Below are positions 1 through 7,071 of a DNA stretch of 29,616 nucleotides, piece after piece. The stretch spans positions 1-29,616 of the forward strand of contig DATLHP010000027.1 in NCBI GenBank assembly GCA_035539835.1. Direction: 5' to 3'. This stretch comes from Bdellovibrionales bacterium (GTDB lineage: Bacteria; Bdellovibrionota; Bdellovibrionia; Bdellovibrionales; JAMPXM01). The notes below the pieces were generated by a model, which was not told the DNA's origin, ran no database searches, and worked only from the letters and a program-made list of their open reading frames with translations. A program made the translations under genes and the position numbers. The first letter of the stretch is position 1; each line of letters begins with the position of its first letter.

Positions 1-834
1 CAGTGGTGGCGTTGAACTTGTTCCAAAATAGACGTCGTACGTTGCGCCTGAAATCGTGGTCCAGTTCAAATCAGTGCCTCTCGACATCCCGGTGGCTCCA
101 TTGCTCGGAGACTGCAGAACTGGTTGGGGCAGTGAGGGCACTGGTGTTGGAGCAGGGGTCGGAGTCGGCAGCGGAGTTGGAGTCGGAACCGGAGTCGGAA
201 CTGGCGTCGGAACCGGAGTTGGGGTTGGCTGAGATCCGCCGGTTCCGTAGGCGGCTTCGATGCCAGCGATGTCATCTGACGCCAACGAGCGAGGGCTCGT
301 ATTACACTTAGAAACACTTGGGTACATTGTTGCGCCAGAAACTGACGAGTGGCCAAGGCCGAGCATGTGACCAAACTCGTGAACCGCAATGTCTTCAATG
401 TAGAAGCCACTACTGCAACCCGAGCTTCCTGAATGGAAACGGAAAGATCCGTCCCAGAAAATCATATCCGAATCGATGATCTGTCCGTTGCGAGACCACC
501 AATAAGTCGTCGCGATCGTGCTGGCTCCTGAATCAGCGACTGTGTTTCGAAAAAAGATTTCATTCTTGGAATTATTGGCAATAGCCGTAGCGTTAGTGAT
601 CCCGGCGTACTGAAGCTTGATGTTCGCTTTCGATTGCGCGCTCCATGCGTCGGCACCCGCAATCAAAGAGTCGACGACAGAGCTCGTAGCCAATCCGTCT
701 GCGTTGTCTGGGTTGACGTAGAAGTTGACGGTCGTTGCGTTCCACTTTGCGTTGGCAAGCGAATACGCTGCCGCACTCGAGAGTGCGCCGAGAACCACGC
801 CAACGATGGCAAGACGAAAGGACTTTGGTGACAT
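1..834 (-). CDS. Secreted matrixin-family (M10/metzincin) zinc metalloprotease with Pro-Thr linker and C-terminal beta-rich domain; 3' end lies outside the window
   Basis: Manual translation from ATG 834 is open to base 1 (278 codons): MSPKSFRLAIVGVVLGALSSAAA signal peptide, then HEFGHMLGLGH (nt 349-381) and Met-turn ATMYP, then a (PTPV)n linker and PQPVLQSPSNGATG...LNWTTISGATYDVYFGT. RBS GAAAGAGGG upstream. Absent from the ORF track because there is no stop in the window. Confidence 0.93.
   Translation of the reverse strand, partial: MSPKSFRLAIVGVVLGALSSAAAYSLANAKWNATTVNFYVNPDNADGLATSSVVDSLIAGADAWSAQSKANIKLQYAGITNATAIANNSKNEIFFRNTVADSGASTIATTYWWSRNGQIIDSDMIFWDGSFRFHSGSSGCSSGFYIEDIAVHEFGHMLGLGHSSVSGATMYPSVSKCNTSPRSLASDDIAGIEAAYGTGGSQPTPTPVPTPVPTPVPTPTPLPTPTPAPTPVPSLPQPVLQSPSNGATGMSRGTDLNWTTISGATYDVYFGTSSTPPL
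141..229 (-). repeat. Imperfect 12-nt tandem repeat encoding a Pro-Thr(-Pro-Val) linker
   Basis: Plus-strand units ggagtcggaacc (179-190), ggagtcggaact (191-202), ggcgtcggaacc (203-214), ggagttggggtt (215-226). The minus strand reads PTPTPVPTPVPTPVPTPTPLPTPTPAPTPV. Confidence 0.85.
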
Positions 835-860
835 GAAGGCCCTCTTTCAATCAATCAGAA

Positions 861-1343
861 TCAACGGTTGTGGCGACGACGAACGCGATCACGAATTTCA
901 CTCAATGCGGAATTCGATTCTTCGACTCGATCTTTCTTCACTCGCATAACGCCCTGACCTCGGCGATACGGTGTATGTTTTGCGCCTCGCTCCTTCAAGA
1001 AAACGACAAGCTGTTCACCACGCGCGAGCTTCGGTTGGTCAGAAACTTGTAGTGTGACGCCGTCGACGGTGCCACCCTCGATGGTCATCTCGGGCTGTTG
1101 TTGCTTGAAGCGCCCTTTGAGCATTTCGCGAACCTTGAGACGGGCGTGGGTCACGATCAGCTGATCGCCATGTTCGTTGACGGCGCGTTCGGATCGCAGG
1201 TTTTCGACATCGACGACGGCGACTTGGTCTGAACCATCCGTCTGTGCCTCGACAGACTCCGGGACGACTTCGGCGTTCGCTAGGGACGTGGCGATCAAGA
1301 TGCCGAGGAAGGCCGATGTGGATATGGCCGGCGTTTTCTTCAC
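861..1343 (-). CDS. Secreted beta-rich protein resembling the N-terminal (OB/TIMP-like) domain usually fused to bacterial matrixins
   Basis: GTG start with GGGAGG RBS and a signal peptide ending ANA-E. Pattern SDQVAVVDV...LIVTHARLKVREMLKG...IEGGTVDGV...PKLARGEQLVVFL...GQG. TGA stop lies 26 nt before the protease ATG. Confidence 0.8.
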   Translation of the reverse strand: MKKTPAISTSAFLGILIATSLANAEVVPESVEAQTDGSDQVAVVDVENLRSERAVNEHGDQLIVTHARLKVREMLKGRFKQQQPEMTIEGGTVDGVTLQVSDQPKLARGEQLVVFLKERGAKHTPYRRGQGVMRVKKDRVEESNSALSEIRDRVRRRHNR

Positions 1344-1536
1344 GGTTGTCCTCCCGGATCTTGGTCGCTGTCTCTTGATCGTGTGAGTTCACTCTAGAGG
1401 CAAAAATTCAGCGTTCGAAAAATATCAGTGAGTGTTCCGGAAAAACGAAAGACTTGTTTCAATTCGAGACGGGCGGTCGGAGCTGCGCGGATCGTAGGCC
1501 TTGGTCTAGATTTGTTTCTTTTCGAGTCACTCGCCT

Positions 1537-1563
1537 TCAGACGGCAAAAGTGTCTACCGATGA
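1537..1563 (+). promoter_or_regulatory. Candidate sigma28/FliA-type promoter
   Basis: TCAGACGG-N11-ACCGATGA versus consensus TAAAGTTT-N11-GCCGATAA. The -10 matches 6/8, the -35 is weak, and it sits just upstream of the RBS at about 1589. Confidence 0.3.
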
Positions 1564-1599
1564 GACTGACGTGAGAAATGGCACTAGTCAGGAGGACTT

Positions 1600-1893
1600 A
1601 TGCACCATCTTCAAGGCGATCTTCAGGCAGTCTTCGATGCACTCTACGATTTGGGAGTGATTGAACCCGTTTTGAAAATGGATTGGCGCTCGCGACTCGA
1701 AGAAATCGAAGAGGGAAGTCCTCGTCTCGATCTCGCAGTTCGCATCGTCAATCAGTTTGCTCATGACCCGGAAAAGTTGAGCCAGCATCTGTCTGAACTT
1801 GGTCAACCAACGCTCGAGATTCTTGCCCTTGAAGTTGCGCGTGAATACGCGGCTTACGAGGCAAGAGTCGAAGACCTGAACGATTTGCACTAA
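1600..1893 (+). CDS. Small acidic helical hypothetical protein (97 aa)
   Basis: AGGAGG RBS, typical codon usage, 9 nt from the next gene. No CxxCH and no TM segment. Confidence 0.8.
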   Translation: MHHLQGDLQAVFDALYDLGVIEPVLKMDWRSRLEEIEEGSPRLDLAVRIVNQFAHDPEKLSQHLSELGQPTLEILALEVAREYAAYEARVEDLNDLH

Positions 1894-1902
1894 GGAGATG
1901 GA

Positions 1903-2466
1903 ATGAAAAACGTAAAACTCGTTCCTTTCATCGTAGCTCTTCTTTTCGCCAACGCCGCTAGCGCGGAGTGGACGGTCGATTTTTCGCGTCGCAATCGCTC
2001 GGTTCGCGATGCCGATCTCAACGACTTTCAAAATAGTCGTGGCCCGGCGAGTGTTCCTTACGAAGAATCAAAGCCGAAAAGCGTTCAGCAAGAAGTGATT
2101 CAAGAAAAGAAGTCAGAAGATAAAGGCTTGATCGGTGCGCTTTTCGATGCGGGTCAACCTATTCAAGAAATCGTCATCTTGAACACTGAAAAGGGATTCG
2201 TTCCTGCCACAGTGAATGTTCGCAAAGACGGCAAATATAAAATTTCAGTCGTCAACGTGAACGAAAAAGAAAAGAATGTGAGCTTCGTTCTTGAAGGCTT
2301 CAGCGAATACCACGCGACAGCTTATGGAAAAGTGAAGACGTTCATGCTTGAACCGAAAAAAGACGGAGTATTCTCATTCCAATCGCCAGAAACAGCGGCT
2401 GAGGGACGTCTTGTCGTTTTCAATCCCCAAATCACGATTCGCAATCCGGCATCAGACGGGCAATGA
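1903..2466 (+). CDS. Secreted cupredoxin-fold protein lacking canonical Cu ligands
   Basis: AAGGAG RBS and signal peptide (ASA-E). C-terminal pattern GFVPATVNVRKD...ISVVN...FMLEPKKDGVFSFQSPETAAEGRLVV matches Cupredoxin_1/EfeO-N-like strands. Confidence 0.78.
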   Translation: MKNVKLVPFIVALLFANAASAEWTVDFSRRNRSVRDADLNDFQNSRGPASVPYEESKPKSVQQEVIQEKKSEDKGLIGALFDAGQPIQEIVILNTEKGFVPATVNVRKDGKYKISVVNVNEKEKNVSFVLEGFSEYHATAYGKVKTFMLEPKKDGVFSFQSPETAAEGRLVVFNPQITIRNPASDGQ

Positions 2467-2473
2467 GGGGACA

Positions 2474-3607
2474 ATGAGTCAGAGTGGTCCACGGATATCA
2501 CAAGCCCATCAAGCTGCGGTCGAGAGTTATCTCTCGCCCGTTGGTCATTTATGGGAAGATCCGACGGTCACTGAGATCTTGATCAATGGTCCCGAAGAAA
2601 TTTTCTTTGAGCGAAAAGGTAAACTCGAGCGCGCCGAAGGTGTGAAGTTCGCAAGCGAAGACGATCTTCGCGCGGCAGTGAACGCCATCGCGGGATCGAT
2701 CGGTCGTCGCATCAACACCGAAGAGCCGCGTCTCGACGCACGTCTCGCTGACGGGTCGCGTATTCACGCTGTCATTCCACCGTGCTCGCTCAAGGGCACA
2801 ACGGTCGCTATCCGTAAATTCACTCAAGCAAAAATCACGATGAAGGACTACATCAAGCTCGGCGCGATCACGCCGGATGCTTCGAGCTTCCTCGAAATTT
2901 GCCAGTTTCTCGGAAAAAACATTCTCGTTAGCGGTGGCACTGGCTCAGGTAAAACGACATTGCTCAGTCTTCTGTGCAGTCGTATTCCAAAAGGCTATCG
3001 CATCATCGTTATCGAAGATGCGGCCGAGCTCGCGATCGAGTACGAACACGTCGTTCGTTTCGAAACGCGTATGCCGGACGAATCAGGCAAGAATGAAGTT
3101 TCAATGCGCGATCTCTTGAAGAGCGCTCTTCGTCTTCGCCCAGATCGTATCATCGTCGGTGAAGTGCGTGGCTCAGAAGGTATGGAACTCATCCAAGCGA
3201 TGAATACCGGTCATAAAGGTTCGATGGGAACAATCCACGCGAACTCACCAAACGACGCTCTTGTCCGTCTCGAAGCTCTTGCGATGGGATCCGATGCAAA
3301 GATCTCAGAAAAAGCACTTCAGTATTCGATCGCAGGTGCAGTTGAACTCGTCGTTCAAATCTCTCGTTTGTCAGACGGCTCTCGCCGAGTTATGTCGATC
3401 GCAGAAGTCCGCGGCTTAGACAAAGATTTCAACTACCTCGTCGTTCCAATTTATCAAATGGGCAACCTCGTTCGCGGCTCCGACGGAAAGCTCGTCGGCC
3501 AATTGCAGCCAACGGGCGAACTTCCTTCGTTCATCAACGAAATCGAAGACAACAAAATCCCATTCCCACGCTCAAAGTTCTTCTCAAAAAAACACGCCAC
3601 CGGCTAA
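2474..3607 (+). CDS. cpaF: CpaF/TadA-family pilus assembly ATPase
   Basis: Walker [10 protein letters not shown], Asp box IEDAAEL, Walker B IIVGEVRG, His box [13 protein letters not shown], and EILINGP. Start moved from 2348 to ATG 2474 (GAGGGG RBS, 7 nt after the upstream stop). Confidence 0.93.
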   Translation: MSQSGPRISQAHQAAVESYLSPVGHLWEDPTVTEILINGPEEIFFERKGKLERAEGVKFASEDDLRAAVNAIAGSIGRRINTEEPRLDARLADGSRIHAVIPPCSLKGTTVAIRKFTQAKITMKDYIKLGAITPDASSFLEICQFLGKNILVSGGTGSGKTTLLSLLCSRIPKGYRIIVIEDAAELAIEYEHVVRFETRMPDESGKNEVSMRDLLKSALRLRPDRIIVGEVRGSEGMELIQAMNTGHKGSMGTIHANSPNDALVRLEALAMGSDAKISEKALQYSIAGAVELVVQISRLSDGSRRVMSIAEVRGLDKDFNYLVVPIYQMGNLVRGSDGKLVGQLQPTGELPSFINEIEDNKIPFPRSKFFSKKHATG

Positions 3608-3611
3608 TCCC

Positions 3612-3638
3612 GCCAAAAGGTACGCCGCTCCTTTTGGT
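3612..3638 (+). terminator. Stem-loop just after cpaF (possible terminator or 3' stabiliser)
   Basis: gCCAAAAGG-tacgccgct-CCTTTTGGt: 8 perfect pairs plus G-U, starting 4 nt after the stop. No downstream U-tract. Confidence 0.5.
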
Positions 3639-3816
3639 AGCAATAGCGCGTCACTAACGAGCGAAATGAAGCGAATTCACTAGGCGATTGCCTATAAACC
3701 GGGCAACGCAAGGGTATCTGAGGTTAAACCCGTTTAAGTGATTGTTGGGCAGCCCATTAAATGAGCACCGCCCTGTGGTTCCTTGTATCGTAGGGGCTTT
3801 CCCGATAGACAGTGCC

Positions 3817-4854
3817 GTGCTTTTTAGCTGCAAAATTACTCATTCGGTCATGAACTACCTCGATCGGCGTGGAGAAGATCTCCAGGCCGAAATCTTTGAG
3901 GCGTGCGATTGGCCAACAGAATTCTTAAGAGATCCGTCGAGTTGGCTTGAAGCCAGCAAGATGGAGCAGCTTCTTGCATCGATCGATGCCGACTTCAAAC
4001 TTCGTCGCGAAGAAGACCTTCTACTTTCAACGGGCCACGAAGCGCGTGAGCTTCGAGCTTGGGGCGCGCTCGACAGCGTTCTTCGTATGGTTCAAGAACC
4101 GAAAGATCTTTTTGCACAACCAGAGCGTTTTCTTTCTTACTTCATTAGTCCGGCACCGCCCGTCGGCGACTTGAAGCGCACGGCAGACTCAATCAGTTTT
4201 GTTTTGCCAGTTTCTGAAATTCAGTTCCCACTTGTGACAGCGTATTTGCGAGCGGCCTTCGAAGCGCTTCCGACTTATATCGGAAAACCCCTCGCATCTG
4301 TTCGTTGGGAAAACAGTCGGGTTACGATCGAGTGGACGAACCTCCAAGAAAATCTCTTGAGCGAAAAAGATGCTTCAGAGCTTTCGCTGCATCCAGAGCT
4401 CGTGCAAAACGTCTTGCGCGATCTTGAGCTCGCGCAAACTGAACTCGAGCAAACGAAGAAGCGCCTTCTCGACAAAGAGGCGGAGCTCAATGTGCTCAAG
4501 TCGGGTGCGGGTCCATCGGTGGCTCCTTTGCGCAGTGGTCATGCGGCGGATGCGATGAGTTCGATGGATTCGGCTCTCTATGAGCTCTATCGTCTTGGTG
4601 ACTACTTTGCCCGAGGTCAGCAGCTCGTGACGTTGCTGATTGCTCAAGGACGTCAAACGCCTCAGGTGAAAGAGGCCATGCGTAGAGTCGATTGGAGCTT
4701 CGTTTGTGAGACGGCTCCGGCTGTGATCAAGAAAGCAATCGACGATTTGCAGACAGCAAAAGACGATCTCCGCAAAGAAGAGGAAGCTCCGCACGAGGTC
4801 CCTCGCCAAGCATCACTGTTCCCAATCGTCCGTAAAGAGCGTCTCTCGCACTAA
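3817..4854 (+). CDS. Hypothetical protein: putative sensor-like N-terminal domain, coiled coil, helical C-terminal domain
   Basis: Long ORF with normal codon usage. The start is uncertain (GTG 3817 preferred, ATG 3850 alternative, TTG 3742 unlikely). Heptad stretch LVQNVLRDLELAQTELEQTKKRLLDKEAELNVLK. Confidence 0.75.
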   Translation: MLFSCKITHSVMNYLDRRGEDLQAEIFEACDWPTEFLRDPSSWLEASKMEQLLASIDADFKLRREEDLLLSTGHEARELRAWGALDSVLRMVQEPKDLFAQPERFLSYFISPAPPVGDLKRTADSISFVLPVSEIQFPLVTAYLRAAFEALPTYIGKPLASVRWENSRVTIEWTNLQENLLSEKDASELSLHPELVQNVLRDLELAQTELEQTKKRLLDKEAELNVLKSGAGPSVAPLRSGHAADAMSSMDSALYELYRLGDYFARGQQLVTLLIAQGRQTPQVKEAMRRVDWSFVCETAPAVIKKAIDDLQTAKDDLRKEEEAPHEVPRQASLFPIVRKERLSH

Positions 4855-4927
4855 CTCAGTGCTTCTCTGATTGACCCGGTTCAGTCATTTCTAAATTCTG
4901 TTGATCCAATCTAAAGGAGCCATTTCC

Positions 4928-6199
4928 ATGTCTGAAATCAGCGCATGTCATGCCCGCGAAATTCTCGATAGCCGAGGAAATCCTACTGTTGAAGTCGATG
5001 TTCTCTTGGCCAATGGGGCAATGGGTCGCGCTGCGGTTCCAAGTGGGGCCTCGACAGGTGCACATGAAGCCGTTGAGCTTCGCGACGGCGGCAGTCGCTA
5101 TCTCGGAAAAGGTGTTCGCAAAGCTGTTGAAAACGTCAACGAAGCGATTGCACCAGAGATTCTCGGCATGAACGCCACCGAGCAAGTGCAACTCGACAAA
5201 GTTCTTCGTGAAATCGATGGAACTGAGAATAAGGGAAAACTCGGTGCAAACGCGATTCTCGGCGTCTCGATGGCAGTTGCGAAGGCGGCGGCGCAATCGA
5301 CAGGTCTTCAGCTCTATCGCTACATCGGCGGCAGCGCCGCATGTCGCTTGCCGGTTCCACTGATGAACGTTTTGAACGGCGGCGCACACGCGGATAACGG
5401 ACTCGATATTCAAGAGTTCATGCTCGTGCCAGTCGTCGGTGGAAAATTCAGCGAATCATTGCGCGCAGGGAGCGAAATCTTCCACACGCTCAAAAAGATT
5501 CTGAACAAAAAAGGTTTGTCGACGGGTGTCGGTGACGAGGGCGGCTTCGCGCCAAAGTTGAAGAACAACCAAGAAGCTCTCGAACTGATCATGGAAGCAA
5601 TCAGCGCAGCTGGCTACAAAGCTGGTCAAGACGTTTACTTGGCTCTCGACGTTGCAGCGACAGAACTTTTCAAGGACGGTAAGTACACTTGGGAAGGTTC
5701 GCAAATCACACCAAGCGATCTCGGAAAAATCTATGCTTCATGGGCGCAGAAGTTTCCACTCATCTCGATCGAAGACGGATTCTCGGAAGACGATTGGAAC
5801 GGTTGGATCGATTTCACTCGCGAGCAAGGCAATCGCTTGCAGCTTGTCGGTGACGACCTCTTCGTGACGAATCCAAAGCGCGTTGCACGGGGAATCAAAG
5901 AAGGTGCCGCGAACGCACTTCTCGTGAAAGTAAATCAGATCGGAACTCTCACTGAAACCGCGGAAGCAGTTTCACTCGCTCAGCGCGCACGCATGCGCAC
6001 AGTGATGTCCCACAGAAGCGGTGAGACCGAAGACAACACGATCGCGGATCTCGCGGTCGCGCTTGGTTGCCAGCAAATCAAAACCGGAAGCCTTTGCCGA
6101 GGTGAGCGCACGGCGAAGTACAACCAGCTTCTTCGCATCGAAGAAGATCTTGGCGATGCCGCAATCTATTGGGGTCGTGAGGGCCTTGGTCTTTCGTAA
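4928..6199 (+). CDS. eno: Enolase (phosphopyruvate hydratase)
   Basis: [61 protein letters not shown] 4928 follows an AAAGGAG RBS. Confidence 0.99.
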   Translation: MSEISACHAREILDSRGNPTVEVDVLLANGAMGRAAVPSGASTGAHEAVELRDGGSRYLGKGVRKAVENVNEAIAPEILGMNATEQVQLDKVLREIDGTENKGKLGANAILGVSMAVAKAAAQSTGLQLYRYIGGSAACRLPVPLMNVLNGGAHADNGLDIQEFMLVPVVGGKFSESLRAGSEIFHTLKKILNKKGLSTGVGDEGGFAPKLKNNQEALELIMEAISAAGYKAGQDVYLALDVAATELFKDGKYTWEGSQITPSDLGKIYASWAQKFPLISIEDGFSEDDWNGWIDFTREQGNRLQLVGDDLFVTNPKRVARGIKEGAANALLVKVNQIGTLTETAEAVSLAQRARMRTVMSHRSGETEDNTIADLAVALGCQQIKTGSLCRGERTAKYNQLLRIEEDLGDAAIYWGREGLGLS

Positions 6200-6205
6200 T
6201 TCGAT

Positions 6206-6231
6206 AGCTACTCGACTCAAGTCGAGTAGCT
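6206..6231. other. Perfect 11-bp GC-rich hairpin between eno and ftsB
   Basis: AGCTACTCGAC-tcaa-GTCGAGTAGCT with no U-tract on either strand. Confidence 0.75.
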
Positions 6232-6253
6232 GAACGCACCGAATCAGGCGACA

Positions 6254-6607
6254 ATGAAACATATGTTTCGCTCGCTTTGGTCCTCGTTCCAGAATCTGAT
6301 CAATCAACCGCAAAAAGTACTGATGATCGCGCTCGCCGTGGCTGCGGTGAGTGTCGTTCTTGATGGCACCGCGCTTCGCTTGTGGAGTTTGCATCGCGAA
6401 AGCACAGCGATCACTCAGCGCATTGGAGAAGCGAAAATCCGCTCTCATCACCTTAAGTTTCGGATCGACGAAGCCGAGAGTCCGCAATTCATTGAGCGCG
6501 CAGCGCGAGATCAATTCGACTTGGTAAAAGAAGGCGATTTAGTGTTTGTTTTCGCTGACGAACAAGGCCCTGAAGTGGCTGAAAACTCTTCATCTTTGTT
6601 GAATTGA
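6254..6607 (+). CDS. ftsB: Septum formation initiator (FtsB/DivIC family)
   Basis: One TM segment, a coiled coil and FIERAARDQFDLVKEGDLVFVF. Lies directly after eno, the well-known eno-ftsB synteny. Confidence 0.85.
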   Translation: MKHMFRSLWSSFQNLINQPQKVLMIALAVAAVSVVLDGTALRLWSLHRESTAITQRIGEAKIRSHHLKFRIDEAESPQFIERAARDQFDLVKEGDLVFVFADEQGPEVAENSSSLLN

Positions 6608-6690
6608 TAGTCAGTGCCGTTTCTTTGAGCGGCCCTATTGAGTAACCGCAGTCGCCTAAAAAGGTGTCCTCTAAGCAACACTGTTTGTTC

Positions 6691-6726
6691 TTGGCATTTT
6701 CTAAACAACGGCCTTAAAACTAAGGT
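6691..6726 (+). promoter_or_regulatory. Candidate sigma70 promoter overlapped by an inverted repeat
   Basis: TTGGCA(6691)-N18-TAAAAC(6715), or TTCTAA(6699)-N16-TAAGGT(6721). The palindrome CCTTA-aaac-TAAGG (6712-6725) covers the -10 in both readings. Confidence 0.4.
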
Positions 6727-6747
6727 TCGTTCATTGAGGAGAAAACC

Positions 6748-7032
6748 GTGAACTTTACGCCAGAAGAGGTTCGTCAACTTCGTTATCGTCTTGGTTACAG
6801 CCAAGCCGAAATGGCGCGTCACCTCCATGTCGATTTCTCTGTATTTTCTCAGTTCGAAGCCGGCAAAGGCAGTTTGTCGACTGAACTCAACGGAATGCTT
6901 GTTCGTATTCTTCAACAAGCTGAGTCGTTGGCTGATCGCACCCAGCGCGGTCCTATTGCCGAAGTCATTATGAAAGACCGCGGCCTTTCTCAAATCCATG
7001 ATTTCGAAGTGGACATCGAAAAATCCAAGTAA
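6748..7032 (+). CDS. XRE-family helix-turn-helix protein
   Basis: GTG start with GAGGAG RBS. EEVRQLRYRLGYSQAEMARHLHV...SQFEAG matches the HTH_3/Cro pattern. Confidence 0.88.
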   Translation: MNFTPEEVRQLRYRLGYSQAEMARHLHVDFSVFSQFEAGKGSLSTELNGMLVRILQQAESLADRTQRGPIAEVIMKDRGLSQIHDFEVDIEKSK

Positions 7033-7035
7033 GAA

Positions 7036-7064
7036 TCGCCAGAGGCGCTTCTGTAAGATAGATT
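7036..7064 (+). promoter_or_regulatory. Candidate sigma70 promoter giving a leaderless polA mRNA
   Basis: TCGCCA(7036)-N17-TAGATT(7059)-N7-ATG(7072). No Shine-Dalgarno. Confidence 0.4.
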
Positions 7065-7071
7065 CCTGCGC

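Noticed and set aside
3-311. ORF-track protein with ESEPESE repeats (+ strand), and 66..410 (-)
   Set aside because: These are alternative-frame shadows of the protease PT-linker repeat. The real frame carries a signal peptide and a zinc motif.
1395-1565. c-di-GMP-I riboswitch-like fragments (GGCAAA, TTCGAAA, TACCGATG)
   Set aside because: The GACGCAAAGC core is missing, and the spacing and P1/P2 pairing do not fit. An Infernal scan would settle it.
1564-1575. GACTGACGTGAG resembling GACTGACGTCAG at 10346-10357
   Set aside because: A rough estimate gives a few 11/12 matches by chance among about 1.3 kb of intergenic DNA on both strands, so there is no support for a shared regulon.
1579-1593. 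Sigma54 -24 element TGGCAC
   Set aside because: No TTGC at -12 (it reads AGGA), and the site runs into the RBS.
4871-4897. TTGACC...TAAATT promoter for eno
   Set aside because: The spacer is only 15 nt, too weak to call.
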